From the IMG/VR virus record IMGVR_UViG_3300005326_000046, positions 1 through 64,000 of that record: DNA of 64,000 bases. The stretch is one strand, 5' to 3'. The notes below the pieces were generated by a model. It was given only the letters and a program-made list of their open reading frames with translations. It was not told where the DNA came from and made no database searches. Source of the DNA: a virus. Taxonomy: Duplodnaviria > Caudoviricetes. Below, one piece after another: positions 36,283 to 44,337 of the stretch (positions are counted from its first letter, which is position 1; every line of letters begins with the position of its first letter). Both the position numbers and the translations under genes were made by a program.

Positions 36283-37254
36283 GCATTGGCAGAGATCCGT
36301 CTTGCGACGCGCTGGCATAGCATGGCACGGTAACGCAACGGCGCCGCGTGGCGTCGCTCGGCAGTGGTAAAGTCAGGCGTAGCACAGTATCAGCATAGTA
36401 CGGTCATGTGGAGCGGCGGCAAAGCGAAGTAAAGTCCCGCGGCGGCATGGTCTAGTCCAGTCGAGTCCCGCGCGGCAATGGCTTAGCGCAGCAGGGCGTT
36501 GGCACAGCGACGTGTCGCAGCGCGATGGCGTGGCCTAGTGCAGTCGTGCAGTGGCACAGCTTGGCGAAGTCTCGTTTGGCACAGCAATGGCGAGGTATTG
36601 CGCGATTCGGCAAAGGCGAAGCGGTGTCCTGCACGGCAACAGTCTAGCGTGGAACAGTCAGGTATTGCCGGGTGTTGCGAGGCGTTGGCGAGGCGAGGCT
36701 TTGTGAGGCGTTGGTCCTGCATAGTTGGGTGATGCATTGGCAGGGTTCGGTCAGGCACTGCGCTGCGCTGGTAGTGCTCGGCAGTGTTAGGCATTGGCAA
36801 AGCGTTGTAGGCCGCTGTCCTGTCTCGTTCTGCATGGCGATGGTCAGGTGAGGCGCTCTAACGTGCCGCGGGGGCACGGCGCTGTTTTGCGGCCCTATGT
36901 TCTGCAATGGCGAAGTTCAGCCTTGTGCCGCGAAGGCATAGCCTGGCACAGTTCAGCATGGTAACGGTCTTGTTTGGCACACTGATGTCTAGCAACGGCC
37001 AAGCACAGCAAGGTCCGGCAATGGCATAGCCCAGTATGGCAGTGCGACGGCAAAGTTCTGCTTGCGCCGCAATGGCGAGGCATTGCCAAGCACAGTTTTG
37101 TCCGGCAATGGCAAAGCGTGGTTACGTTTGGTAATGGCATGGTGCAGCAAAGTAACGCATCGGTAAGGCCAAGTGACGTTTGGCGATGGTGTGGCATAGC
37201 TGCCTGCGGCAAAGTAACAGTGAGGTAAAGCTGAGTCATGCAGTGCAACGGTAA
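36282..37254 (+). repeat. Non-coding NGY-NN pentamer array (candidate guide-RNA array)
   Basis: 36287-37254 parses exactly into 187 pentamers in 34 blocks, each block opened by one extra nucleotide; all but 8 pentamers begin NGY; no credible ORF. Confidence 0.9.
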
Positions 37255-37292
37255 GTCCTCAAAACGATTGGCAAGGCCCGAAGGGGGAAACA

Positions 37293-37847
37293 ATGGCAAA
37301 ACGGTGGTTCCACTGGAAGAAGTTAGGGCGATACGTCGAGATCGACACAACCCGCACGTGCAAGAACTGCGGCGCGGTGCATCCATACCTCGGAGGCGAA
37401 TCGTACACGCTTCGTCAGTCTCTGGGCGCAAAGATCATCTGCCCAGTCTGCGACCACGAGTACGAGATGCGCACAAGCCAAGAGATTGTTCTGGGCCTTA
37501 TCGAGCACATCGGGCACGTTGAGGCGGAGCGCGACTACTGGAAGAACTTGTGGTACAACGGCGGATACAAGAACCGGCCAGCACCGCGAGATAGGCCATG
37601 GGACATCAAGGCCGTTGACGGCTCGCCAACCATCGTCTCAGGGCCGGCACTGTGTCCAAAGTGCGGCAAGCAGCAGGTTGAACTACACGCCGGTGTGCTG
37701 TATCCTGGCAATGACCTTCCGCACATGGAGATTCGTTGTCCAGACTGCGGCCCGCTTCAGGCCAACCCCTACGAGCCGTCCGAGGATCCAATCAACAAGG
37801 ATGCTCCACCGGTGAAGCCGTGGGCACCGCCGCAGGAGCAACTATGA
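37293..37847 (+). CDS. Hypothetical multi-CxxC zinc-ribbon protein
   Basis: CKNC, CPVC, CPKC, CPDC. Confidence 0.7.
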   Translation: MAKRWFHWKKLGRYVEIDTTRTCKNCGAVHPYLGGESYTLRQSLGAKIICPVCDHEYEMRTSQEIVLGLIEHIGHVEAERDYWKNLWYNGGYKNRPAPRDRPWDIKAVDGSPTIVSGPALCPKCGKQQVELHAGVLYPGNDLPHMEIRCPDCGPLQANPYEPSEDPINKDAPPVKPWAPPQEQL

Positions 37848-38083
37848 GGTACTGTTCGGCCTGTCGAATTCGAGAGGGAACGATTCACGCATTCCTGATC
37901 ATGGACATCGTCGCGCCCACTTCAACGAAGCATAAGGACGTGAGCTTCTGGCTATGTCCACAATGCGAGAAGCTCACACAGAAGACGTTCACGCGCAACG
38001 CCGACCAGAAGGAACGCGTTGCGCGCTTGCTTGCCGCAGAAGAACCGCGGTTCGCGAAAGGCAACAATGGTCAAGCAACTTGA
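37844..38083 (+). CDS. Hypothetical zinc-ribbon protein
   Basis: CSAC...CPQC; AGGAG RBS. Confidence 0.65.
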   Translation: MRYCSACRIREGTIHAFLIMDIVAPTSTKHKDVSFWLCPQCEKLTQKTFTRNADQKERVARLLAAEEPRFAKGNNGQAT

Positions 38084-38384
38084 CATGGTCTTCCCAGAGG
38101 ATCCCCCGCCGTCATCGTGGGCCCTGATGCGCGGCAACCATCCCCTGATGGAGCGCGGGTCCATGTGGCACTGCGCGTTGTATCACTTCGATGAGCACTG
38201 GAAACCGCGCTGGACGCAGGTGATGCAGTTCACGTTGGCTGAGGCGCGCGACTTCTTCGGCGACACGGTCCTGCTGGAACTTGAGAAGGCAGGGCCGAAT
38301 GACTTCTTGTACTTCGAGCCGGGGGATGCGAAGCCGCTGTCGATCGGGAACTATCCTGGTGAAATGAAGATGCCGCGATTATGA
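38067..38384 (+). CDS. Hypothetical protein
   Basis: Coupled ORF. Confidence 0.6.
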   Translation: MVKQLDMVFPEDPPPSSWALMRGNHPLMERGSMWHCALYHFDEHWKPRWTQVMQFTLAEARDFFGDTVLLELEKAGPNDFLYFEPGDAKPLSIGNYPGEMKMPRL

Positions 38385-38423
38385 AATGGAACACTTGACA
38401 AGCTAGACAATACGTGATAGGAT
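38381..38423 (+). promoter_or_regulatory. Class B promoter, probably leaderless
   Basis: ATGAAATGGAACAC-TTGACA-17 bp-TAGGAT, then 7 nt to ATG 38431. Confidence 0.75.
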
Positions 38424-38430
38424 GTGAGTA

Positions 38431-38625
38431 ATGGAAAAAGAACAGTTGACCGTATCGGAGGCGGCACGATTGCTGGGAGTCAGTCCGGCAACGGTACGCA
38501 GGATGTTGGACAGTGGAGTCATCCAAGGATGGCGCATTCCTCTTGGAACGCGTCATCGGCGAATTCCGCGCGCCGAGATAGAGCGCGTCATGCAAGGCAC
38601 GGGGCCAGAGGGGGATACGTCATGA
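38431..38625 (+). CDS. Excisionase-like HTH protein
   Basis: LTVSEAARLLGVSPATVRRMLDSG...HRRIPRAEIE. Confidence 0.85.
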   Translation: MEKEQLTVSEAARLLGVSPATVRRMLDSGVIQGWRIPLGTRHRRIPRAEIERVMQGTGPEGDTS

Positions 38626-38903
38626 CCAAGCGATGCAAGCATACCCGCAACAATACGACACTCTTCAAGTTACGCGAGATCGGTACATATGCAATCCTGG
38701 GATTCCCGAATCAACACGAAAACCCTAGACCCCTATGGGACCGCAGCCAATGGAGCGTTACGGTCAGGTGCGGTGACTGTAACGGGAGATTTCACTTCAC
38801 GTCAAACCGTTATCCCTTGTGGGTTGGCCGCATCGTGGCGAAGATGGCGCCTGAGTTGTTCGAGCCGAAAGAGCGAGACGATGCAGGGGATGTCGCGACG
38901 TGA
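38622..38903 (+). CDS. Hypothetical protein
   Basis: ATGA overlap; CKH...CGDC. Confidence 0.6.
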   Translation: MTKRCKHTRNNTTLFKLREIGTYAILGFPNQHENPRPLWDRSQWSVTVRCGDCNGRFHFTSNRYPLWVGRIVAKMAPELFEPKERDDAGDVAT

Positions 38904-38914
38904 GAATTGAAACC

Positions 38915-38958
38915 ATGAAATGGGGCACTTGACAAAACGTTACGGAGTGTGATATCAT
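38915..38958 (+). promoter_or_regulatory. Class B promoter, probably leaderless
   Basis: ATGAAATGGGGCAC-TTGACA-18 bp-TATCAT with TGn, then 7 nt to ATG 38966. Confidence 0.7.
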
Positions 38959-38965
38959 GGACGTC

Positions 38966-39181
38966 ATGAGATGGTACTACACCATGGGTGAGGCGGCGCA
39001 ATTCTTTGGCGTTTCAAGGCAGAGCATATGGCGCTGGTGCTACGACGGCAAACTCAAGACAGTACAGTTGCCGTCTGGCAGGCGCGTGATTCTACGCGAT
39101 GAAGTAGATCGCGTCATGAACGCTGGATCACAAGAGGGGGAACTGGATGGAGAAGAAGCGAAGGCACTTTCCGACATTTGA
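38966..39181 (+). CDS. Excisionase-like HTH protein
   Basis: YYTMGEAAQFFGVSRQSIWRWCYDGKL...GRRVILRDEV. Confidence 0.85.
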   Translation: MRWYYTMGEAAQFFGVSRQSIWRWCYDGKLKTVQLPSGRRVILRDEVDRVMNAGSQEGELDGEEAKALSDI

Positions 39182-39365
39182 TGGACTGGATGTCAGTTTG
39201 TCTGACGACGGTGAATACATCGAACTTTCACAGATGGATCCGTCTGGCGACCCGGATCACATGATTTTGATACCGCTACAGTTAGCCAAAACGGTCAGCA
39301 TATGGCTCAGGGAAATTGAGAAGGAGTCCGGGTTTGACCAACAGAATAGGGAGAATGTGACATGA
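39147..39365 (+). CDS. Hypothetical protein
   Basis: Coupled ORF. Confidence 0.6.
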   Translation: MEKKRRHFPTFDGLDVSLSDDGEYIELSQMDPSGDPDHMILIPLQLAKTVSIWLREIEKESGFDQQNRENVT

Positions 39366-39625
39366 CCGAAGAAATAGGCGTTCTTGCCGCGCGAGAAGAG
39401 ACGCGGGTAGAAACCGGTAATCTAGAAGACAAGGAATGGAAGATCAGACCCAAGTGGGGAGCGACGATCTACATTGCAGAGTCATTGGATGACATCTTGA
39501 TCACACAGGCTCGCGAGTCTGAAGACGGGTTAGTGTCGATAGCGCTAGATGACATCGACACTGTCTGTCAGTTTTTACAAGAGGCAAAGCGGGGAGCAAT
39601 CAAGCTGCGCACCGACAAGGAATAA
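39362..39625 (+). CDS. Hypothetical protein
   Basis: Coupled ORF. Confidence 0.6.
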   Translation: MTEEIGVLAAREETRVETGNLEDKEWKIRPKWGATIYIAESLDDILITQARESEDGLVSIALDDIDTVCQFLQEAKRGAIKLRTDKE

Positions 39626-39628
39626 GGC

Positions 39629-40639
39629 ATGGCAGACTTTCGCAGTGTCCAAACCAGGATGTGGCGCGAAGACGAATGGTTCATGGATTTACCCACAGAT
39701 GCGCGTCTGTTCTGGATCTATCTCTTCACGAATCCGAGCGCAAGCATCTGCGGCATGTACCGACTACCGCCCCGCACCATGTCATTCGAGAGTGGCCTAT
39801 CACATGAGCGCGTGTTGGAGTTGTTGGACCAGTTTACACGGGCGGGCAAGATCGCGTATGAGGATGGAGTGATTTGGGTAGTCCGTATGCGCGACAATCA
39901 ACTGGGCGACAAACTCAGTAAGACACAGCGTATAGGCATCATCAAAGACATGGCCAAGATTCCCCCGTCTCCGTTGAAGGATCACTATCTAGACCACTAT
40001 GGATACCCTATTGGTAGCCCATGCATGGCACCAGGTGAAGACGACGAAGGCCTAGATAGCCTATGCATAGGTCGCGCTACGTTACGTTACGATACTGTTA
40101 CAGATACGTTACGTCACGTGACGTCATCGGAGCCTATGCAACTTTGCAGTAGAACAGATGATGAAAACGACGATATCACAAATGACCATGATCGTTCCCT
40201 TGAAAACTCCGAAGGTGTCTCTCCCAAAAAAGAACCAGTGAAACGCAACGTAACGCCCATGAAACGCCATGAAACGGTAAAAACCGATCGTAAGAAGTCG
40301 ATTGACGCGGCCTCTGGGCTCTTCAACACGCGCGTGCACATGATCACAGGGGGATTACCGCGCGACGAGCTTGAAGAGTTAGCCGGCACTCTGTTCGACA
40401 TGGAGGTTCCAGGGTGGTTTGAGATGGCGATAGACGCGGCCGAAGCCGCGGGAGCACGCAACTGGGCCTACGTGCGCGCGTGTATCAAGAACGCCATTCG
40501 GGAAAAGCGCCCGCCAAGCGCGAAAGGCAAGGGGAATGGAGCCAATTTCAGAGGTGGTAACCGCCGCAATCCAAAACGCAACGACCCGACCCCGGAGGAT
40601 ATCGAAGAGTGGAACAACGCCCCAATCATCGAAGAGTGA
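39629..40639 (+). CDS. Phage replication initiator
   Basis: FRSVQTRMW.DEWF.DL..DARLFWIYLFTNP (winged-helix N-terminus); low-complexity linker; C-terminal NWAYVRACIKN (DnaD-like); precedes loader and helicase. Confidence 0.8.
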   Translation: MADFRSVQTRMWREDEWFMDLPTDARLFWIYLFTNPSASICGMYRLPPRTMSFESGLSHERVLELLDQFTRAGKIAYEDGVIWVVRMRDNQLGDKLSKTQRIGIIKDMAKIPPSPLKDHYLDHYGYPIGSPCMAPGEDDEGLDSLCIGRATLRYDTVTDTLRHVTSSEPMQLCSRTDDENDDITNDHDRSLENSEGVSPKKEPVKRNVTPMKRHETVKTDRKKSIDAASGLFNTRVHMITGGLPRDELEELAGTLFDMEVPGWFEMAIDAAEAAGARNWAYVRACIKNAIREKRPPSAKGKGNGANFRGGNRRNPKRNDPTPEDIEEWNNAPIIEE

Positions 40640-41294
40640 ACCGTGCGCTACCTGCCACGGCATCAAGTGGGTCTTACCCAGAGTCGACGCGGAACACTTC
40701 TTGTTCGACATGCCGCAACCGTGCCCACAGTGCAACACCGGGCAAATGCACGTCTATCTATGCGCATTGCTCGGGATTCCTGCGGCGTTACAAGCAGCGG
40801 TCGCGGAACCTCCACGCAGGACCAAGGGCGGCGCGCAAGCAACGGCGCTGGTAAGGCGATTTGGAACAACCAATCAGGGCGTCTTGACCGTCAGTGGCCC
40901 CAATGGTGTGGGCAAGTCCAGGATCGCGGCGTCGATCGTGATGCAGGCCTATCGCGCCGAACGTAGCACCTACTACGTGCGGTTGCCAGTCCTGCTGAAT
41001 GGCATCAGGGCAGGGTTTAGGGACGCGGATGCTAAGGCACGCTGGGACAAAATCATGGGCGTCCAGGTTCTAGCGCTTGACGAACTGACGCCTGGCGACA
41101 ATGATTGGGAGCGGCGCGAGGTGCAACGGATCATCACGGAGCGCTATGAGTTGTCCATGGTGGATTGCGGCACGGTGTTTTGTACGGAGTGCGACATGAC
41201 AGAGTTTTCGGGTCACGCGTACAGCAGGCTCACGGATAAACGCTGTGCGGTTGTGCAATTGGAAGGACCAGATTTGCGGAAGATCAGGGAGTGA
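40536..41294 (+). CDS. DnaC/IstB-like helicase loader ATPase
   Basis: CATC...CPQC; GPNGVGKS; VLALDEL; SRLTD. Confidence 0.85.
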   Translation: MEPISEVVTAAIQNATTRPRRISKSGTTPQSSKSEPCATCHGIKWVLPRVDAEHFLFDMPQPCPQCNTGQMHVYLCALLGIPAALQAAVAEPPRRTKGGAQATALVRRFGTTNQGVLTVSGPNGVGKSRIAASIVMQAYRAERSTYYVRLPVLLNGIRAGFRDADAKARWDKIMGVQVLALDELTPGDNDWERREVQRIITERYELSMVDCGTVFCTECDMTEFSGHAYSRLTDKRCAVVQLEGPDLRKIRE

Positions 41295-41563
41295 AAGGGG
41301 GGAATAGGATGCGCATCAGTCTAAGGTGGTGGAATGCACGTAAGGACACAGAAGAGCGGGTCGCGGCACTGCAAGAGCAAAATAGGATTCTACAGGAACG
41401 GATTGATCGCCTTTTTGATCAGGAGCAAAAGTATCGCAGGCTGGCGCGTGCACTTGCTAGCATCATGATGCATGGTGAGATACGCGAAGAAGATGGACTT
41501 GTCAACGAGACCGTTGAGGTCCTTACTGGAGCGTCGCGTGGCACAACAACAAAAGCCGACTGA
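41291..41563 (+). CDS. Hypothetical coiled-coil protein
   Basis: Between loader and helicase. Confidence 0.55.
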   Translation: MKGGNRMRISLRWWNARKDTEERVAALQEQNRILQERIDRLFDQEQKYRRLARALASIMMHGEIREEDGLVNETVEVLTGASRGTTTKAD

Positions 41564-43322
41564 ACGCCCTATCCCAGCCAACCCGGAGGCGGAGGAAGCC
41601 GTACTTGGTTCCGCCTTGCTTGACCCAGACGCGATCGTCATCTTGTCTGGCATCCTCAAGCGCGGCGACTTCTACCGTGAGAAAAACGGGTGGATCTATC
41701 AGGCAATGCTTGACCTCCACAACGAGGGCAAGCCGATTGACTTCGTTACCCTGGTTGACGTCCTGGAGCGCAACGACCAGCTTACACAGATAGGCGGCGC
41801 GAGTTATCTCACGGGCCTGTTGAACAAGGTTCCGTCTGCCATGAATGCCGAGCATTACGCGGGCATCGTCGCACGTGCCGCCACCTTGCGCAGACTCATC
41901 GGTGTTGCAGGCATAATTGCTAATCTTGCCTACGACGAAACGACACCAGCGACAGAGATTGTCGATAAGGCGGAAACGCTAATCCTCGGCATGTCTGAGC
42001 GTACGAGCCGCAACGAGCCCACACCCATCGGTGCGGGGCTGCGGGCCGTGGTGGATCGTCTGGACTACATCCAGCGCCACGAAGGCGAGCTGTTGGGTGT
42101 GCCCACGGGATTCGCTCGCCTTGACGGCCTGGTGGGTGGCTTCCAGAAGTCTGACCTGATCGTCCTTGCGGCGCGGCCAGGCGAGGGTAAAAGCTCATTC
42201 GCCATGAACATCAGCCTGAACGCGGCCAAGGACTACGGGCAGCGCGTCGGCGTGTTTAGCCTGGAGATGAGCAAGATCGAGCTGGCGCAGCGGATGCTCG
42301 CCACAGAGAGCGGAATTGACCAGAAGATGCTGCGGCGGGGCGGACTGAGCCCAGACGAATGGGCGCTACTGATGGAGACGGCTGGACGCATGGCCGAACT
42401 ACCGATTTACATTGACGATTCAGCCAGCCTATCAGCGACTGAGCTACGCAGCAAGGCGCGCAAGCTCCAGGCGGAGCACGGTCTTGACTTCGTGGTTGTT
42501 GACTACTTGCAATTGATGACGGGGGACGCGCGGGCGACGAATCGGGTGCAAGAGATCGCGACGATCACGCGCGGACTCAAGGCGCTGGCGCGCGAGCTGG
42601 ATGTGCCTGTGCTGGCACTGTCGCAGTTGTCGCGGGCGATTGAGACCCGTAGCGAGAAGACGCCAATGCTATCAGACCTACGGGAAAGCGGATGTTTGGC
42701 CGGCAGCAGCATGATCGAGATAGCTGGTACGGCGTGGCCGGAACGAATTGACTCTCTTGTTGGGCGAGACAACCTGTATGTCGGGGCCATGAACCTTGCC
42801 AGTAGGAAGGTTGAGGCAAGTAAAGCCGGTAGCATATTTTACTCTGGCGTAAAGCCGCTTTATCTACTACGGCTTTCCAGCGACCTTATGATACGGGCAA
42901 CAGCCAACCACAAGTTTTTCGTCAAGGGAGCGGGATGGAAACGACTTGACGCTTTGACTTGCGATGATGAGTTGGCCGTCAGAAACGAGCGCTTGGCGAT
43001 TTGTGACGTGTCGTGGGCGCGGTTTGTTTCGCGCGAGTATGCAGGAACCGGAAAGACGTATGACATAACCGTGCCATGTTACAGCAACTTTGTTGCCAAT
43101 GGGATCATCTGTCACAACAGTATCGAACAAGATAGTGATATTGTCATGTTTATTAAGAAGCAAGACGCGGACGCCGCATCAGGCGGCTTGGCGAACGAGG
43201 ATCTAGTGCGTATCGTCATCGGCAAGCACCGCAATGGGCCTACGGGCTCGTTTCCCCTCTTCTTCGACCGCAAGCGCACGCGGTTCCTGGAGCTTGAGAC
43301 GGTGGAGAAGCCGCCGTATTGA
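41538..43322 (+). CDS. dnaB: Replicative DNA helicase DnaB (intein-containing)
   Basis: PANPEAEEAVLGS; LAARPGEGKS; FSLEMS; VVVDYLQL; LSQLSR; DLRESG...SIEQDSD; KHRNGPTG. Confidence 0.95.
   Translation: MAQQQKPTERPIPANPEAEEAVLGSALLDPDAIVILSGILKRGDFYREKNGWIYQAMLDLHNEGKPIDFVTLVDVLERNDQLTQIGGASYLTGLLNKVPSAMNAEHYAGIVARAATLRRLIGVAGIIANLAYDETTPATEIVDKAETLILGMSERTSRNEPTPIGAGLRAVVDRLDYIQRHEGELLGVPTGFARLDGLVGGFQKSDLIVLAARPGEGKSSFAMNISLNAAKDYGQRVGVFSLEMSKIELAQRMLATESGIDQKMLRRGGLSPDEWALLMETAGRMAELPIYIDDSASLSATELRSKARKLQAEHGLDFVVVDYLQLMTGDARATNRVQEIATITRGLKALARELDVPVLALSQLSRAIETRSEKTPMLSDLRESGCLAGSSMIEIAGTAWPERIDSLVGRDNLYVGAMNLASRKVEASKAGSIFYSGVKPLYLLRLSSDLMIRATANHKFFVKGAGWKRLDALTCDDELAVRNERLAICDVSWARFVSREYAGTGKTYDITVPCYSNFVANGIICHNSIEQDSDIVMFIKKQDADAASGGLANEDLVRIVIGKHRNGPTGSFPLFFDRKRTRFLELETVEKPPY
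42693..43118 (+). mobile_element. 142-aa mini-intein in DnaB
   Basis: In-frame CLAG...ATANHKF...YDITV...NFVANGIICHN followed by Ser, between DLRESG and SIEQD; no endonuclease domain. Confidence 0.93.
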
Positions 43323-43396
43323 CATGTACGCGTTTCGCCGTTTTGGGTACACGTTCTGCGTACATGTCGCCAACGGGTACACGTGCAGGGAGTCGT

Positions 43397-43732
43397 ATGT
43401 TTGACCTACTATTCGCACTCATGGTTACAGCAACCGTCACCGGCTATGCTCCATCTGCTGGTGGAATCAACTGTGACGGCAACTGCGGTGTCACGGCGGC
43501 CGGGCTGCAACCAGGGCCCACGATAGCCGCCTGTGGCGACGCGTGGCCGATTGGCGCGGTTCTATGGGTCAGGCGCGCAAGGCGCGTCGTCGTGTGTGGC
43601 GATCGCTTCGGGCCTGGAGCGCCGAGACGCGCGGTTGACTTGTGGTTCGCGACGAGGCAAGAGGCGCTGAAGTGGGGCAGGCGCGAGAGCCTCATCGTTT
43701 CCATCGGCAAGGTCAACTTGCACCGCGAGTAA
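43397..43732 (+). CDS. 3D/RlpA-like double-psi barrel protein with N-terminal hydrophobic segment
   Basis: VTGYAP...TAAG...IAAC...GDR...VDLWF...EALKWGR. Confidence 0.7.
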   Translation: MFDLLFALMVTATVTGYAPSAGGINCDGNCGVTAAGLQPGPTIAACGDAWPIGAVLWVRRARRVVVCGDRFGPGAPRRAVDLWFATRQEALKWGRRESLIVSIGKVNLHRE

Positions 43733-43801
43733 AATTCCTTTGCATCAAAGTCCTCGTCGTTATAATTTTGAGCCAATTGTTATAATGCATCGTCCCCCAC
43801 G

Positions 43802-43920
43802 AACCTTAAAGATTCGCGTCGCGTCGAAACTCGCGCGGATTCCCTATTGACATGCAGTGCGAGATATGCTATAATCATGGTGTAGTTAGGAAGTCAACCA
43901 AGCAACACGGAGGGATACGA
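43802..43920 (+). promoter_or_regulatory. Class A promoter cassette, copy 1 of a near-identical triplet
   Basis: AACCTTAAA 43802; TTGACA 43847-17 bp-TATAAT 43870; GTAGTTAGGA. Confidence 0.88.
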
Positions 43921-44288
43921 TGGGCAAGCGTGTGTCAAACCAGGAAATTGCAGCAATGATCATCACAACCAAATACAACGACTTTGCTCCAGCCATATAC
44001 AATGTAGTTGACTACCGCAACGTTAGGGTGGCAAGCTTTTTGGAACCAGTTCGCGATGAGACTAGGGTTCCTAGCATCATTGCATACTATGAAGATAAGG
44101 GTTATATCTGTGAAGTTCGGGAGAATCGCGGCGACTTCATGGACACCATACAGAACGTGATCATAGTAACACACAACACGGCTCAACACGTGAGTTTCCG
44201 TAGCTGGGGGGCTGCGGCTGCCTACGTGCGCAGCAACTACACGGCCCTTGCGGCCGCCAGAACAGCCTTTTACGCCAACGCCGACTAG
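43920..44288 (+). CDS. Hypothetical early protein
   Basis: GGAGG RBS after promoter. Confidence 0.7.
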   Translation: MGKRVSNQEIAAMIITTKYNDFAPAIYNVVDYRNVRVASFLEPVRDETRVPSIIAYYEDKGYICEVRENRGDFMDTIQNVIIVTHNTAQHVSFRSWGAAAAYVRSNYTALAAARTAFYANAD

Positions 44289-44301
44289 ATATTCCCACCC
44301 A

Positions 44302-44333
44302 CAGGCGAGCCGGCGCCTAATCCGGCAGGAGAG
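44302..44333 (+). repeat. Repeated leader hairpin plus RBS
   Basis: CAGGCGAGCCGGCGCCTAATCCGGCAGGAGAG; copy of 11682-11713. Confidence 0.75.
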
Positions 44334-44337
44334 TGAC

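Noticed and set aside
36282-37254. Canonical CRISPR array or simple microsatellite
   Set aside because: No 23-50-nt identical repeats with spacers; units vary systematically at two positions rather than being near-identical copies
36452-37431. Several ORFs on both strands across the pentamer array (e.g. 36499-36732 +, 36483-36800 -, 36895-37431 -)
   Set aside because: Cys/Arg/Ala/Gln-rich translations are by-products of the NGY-NN pattern; a 5-nt period with one-base slips is incompatible with codon structure; no RBS
34057-39181. Integration/excision module suggested by three excisionase-like HTH genes
   Set aside because: No tyrosine or serine recombinase and no att-like site in the window; such HTHs are often plain regulators, so lifestyle cannot be called
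43733-43800. Repeated GTTATAAT in an AT-rich gap and minus-strand ORF 43444-43776
   Set aside because: Only two short copies with no matching -35; the ORF is antisense to the 3D-domain gene; too weak to call
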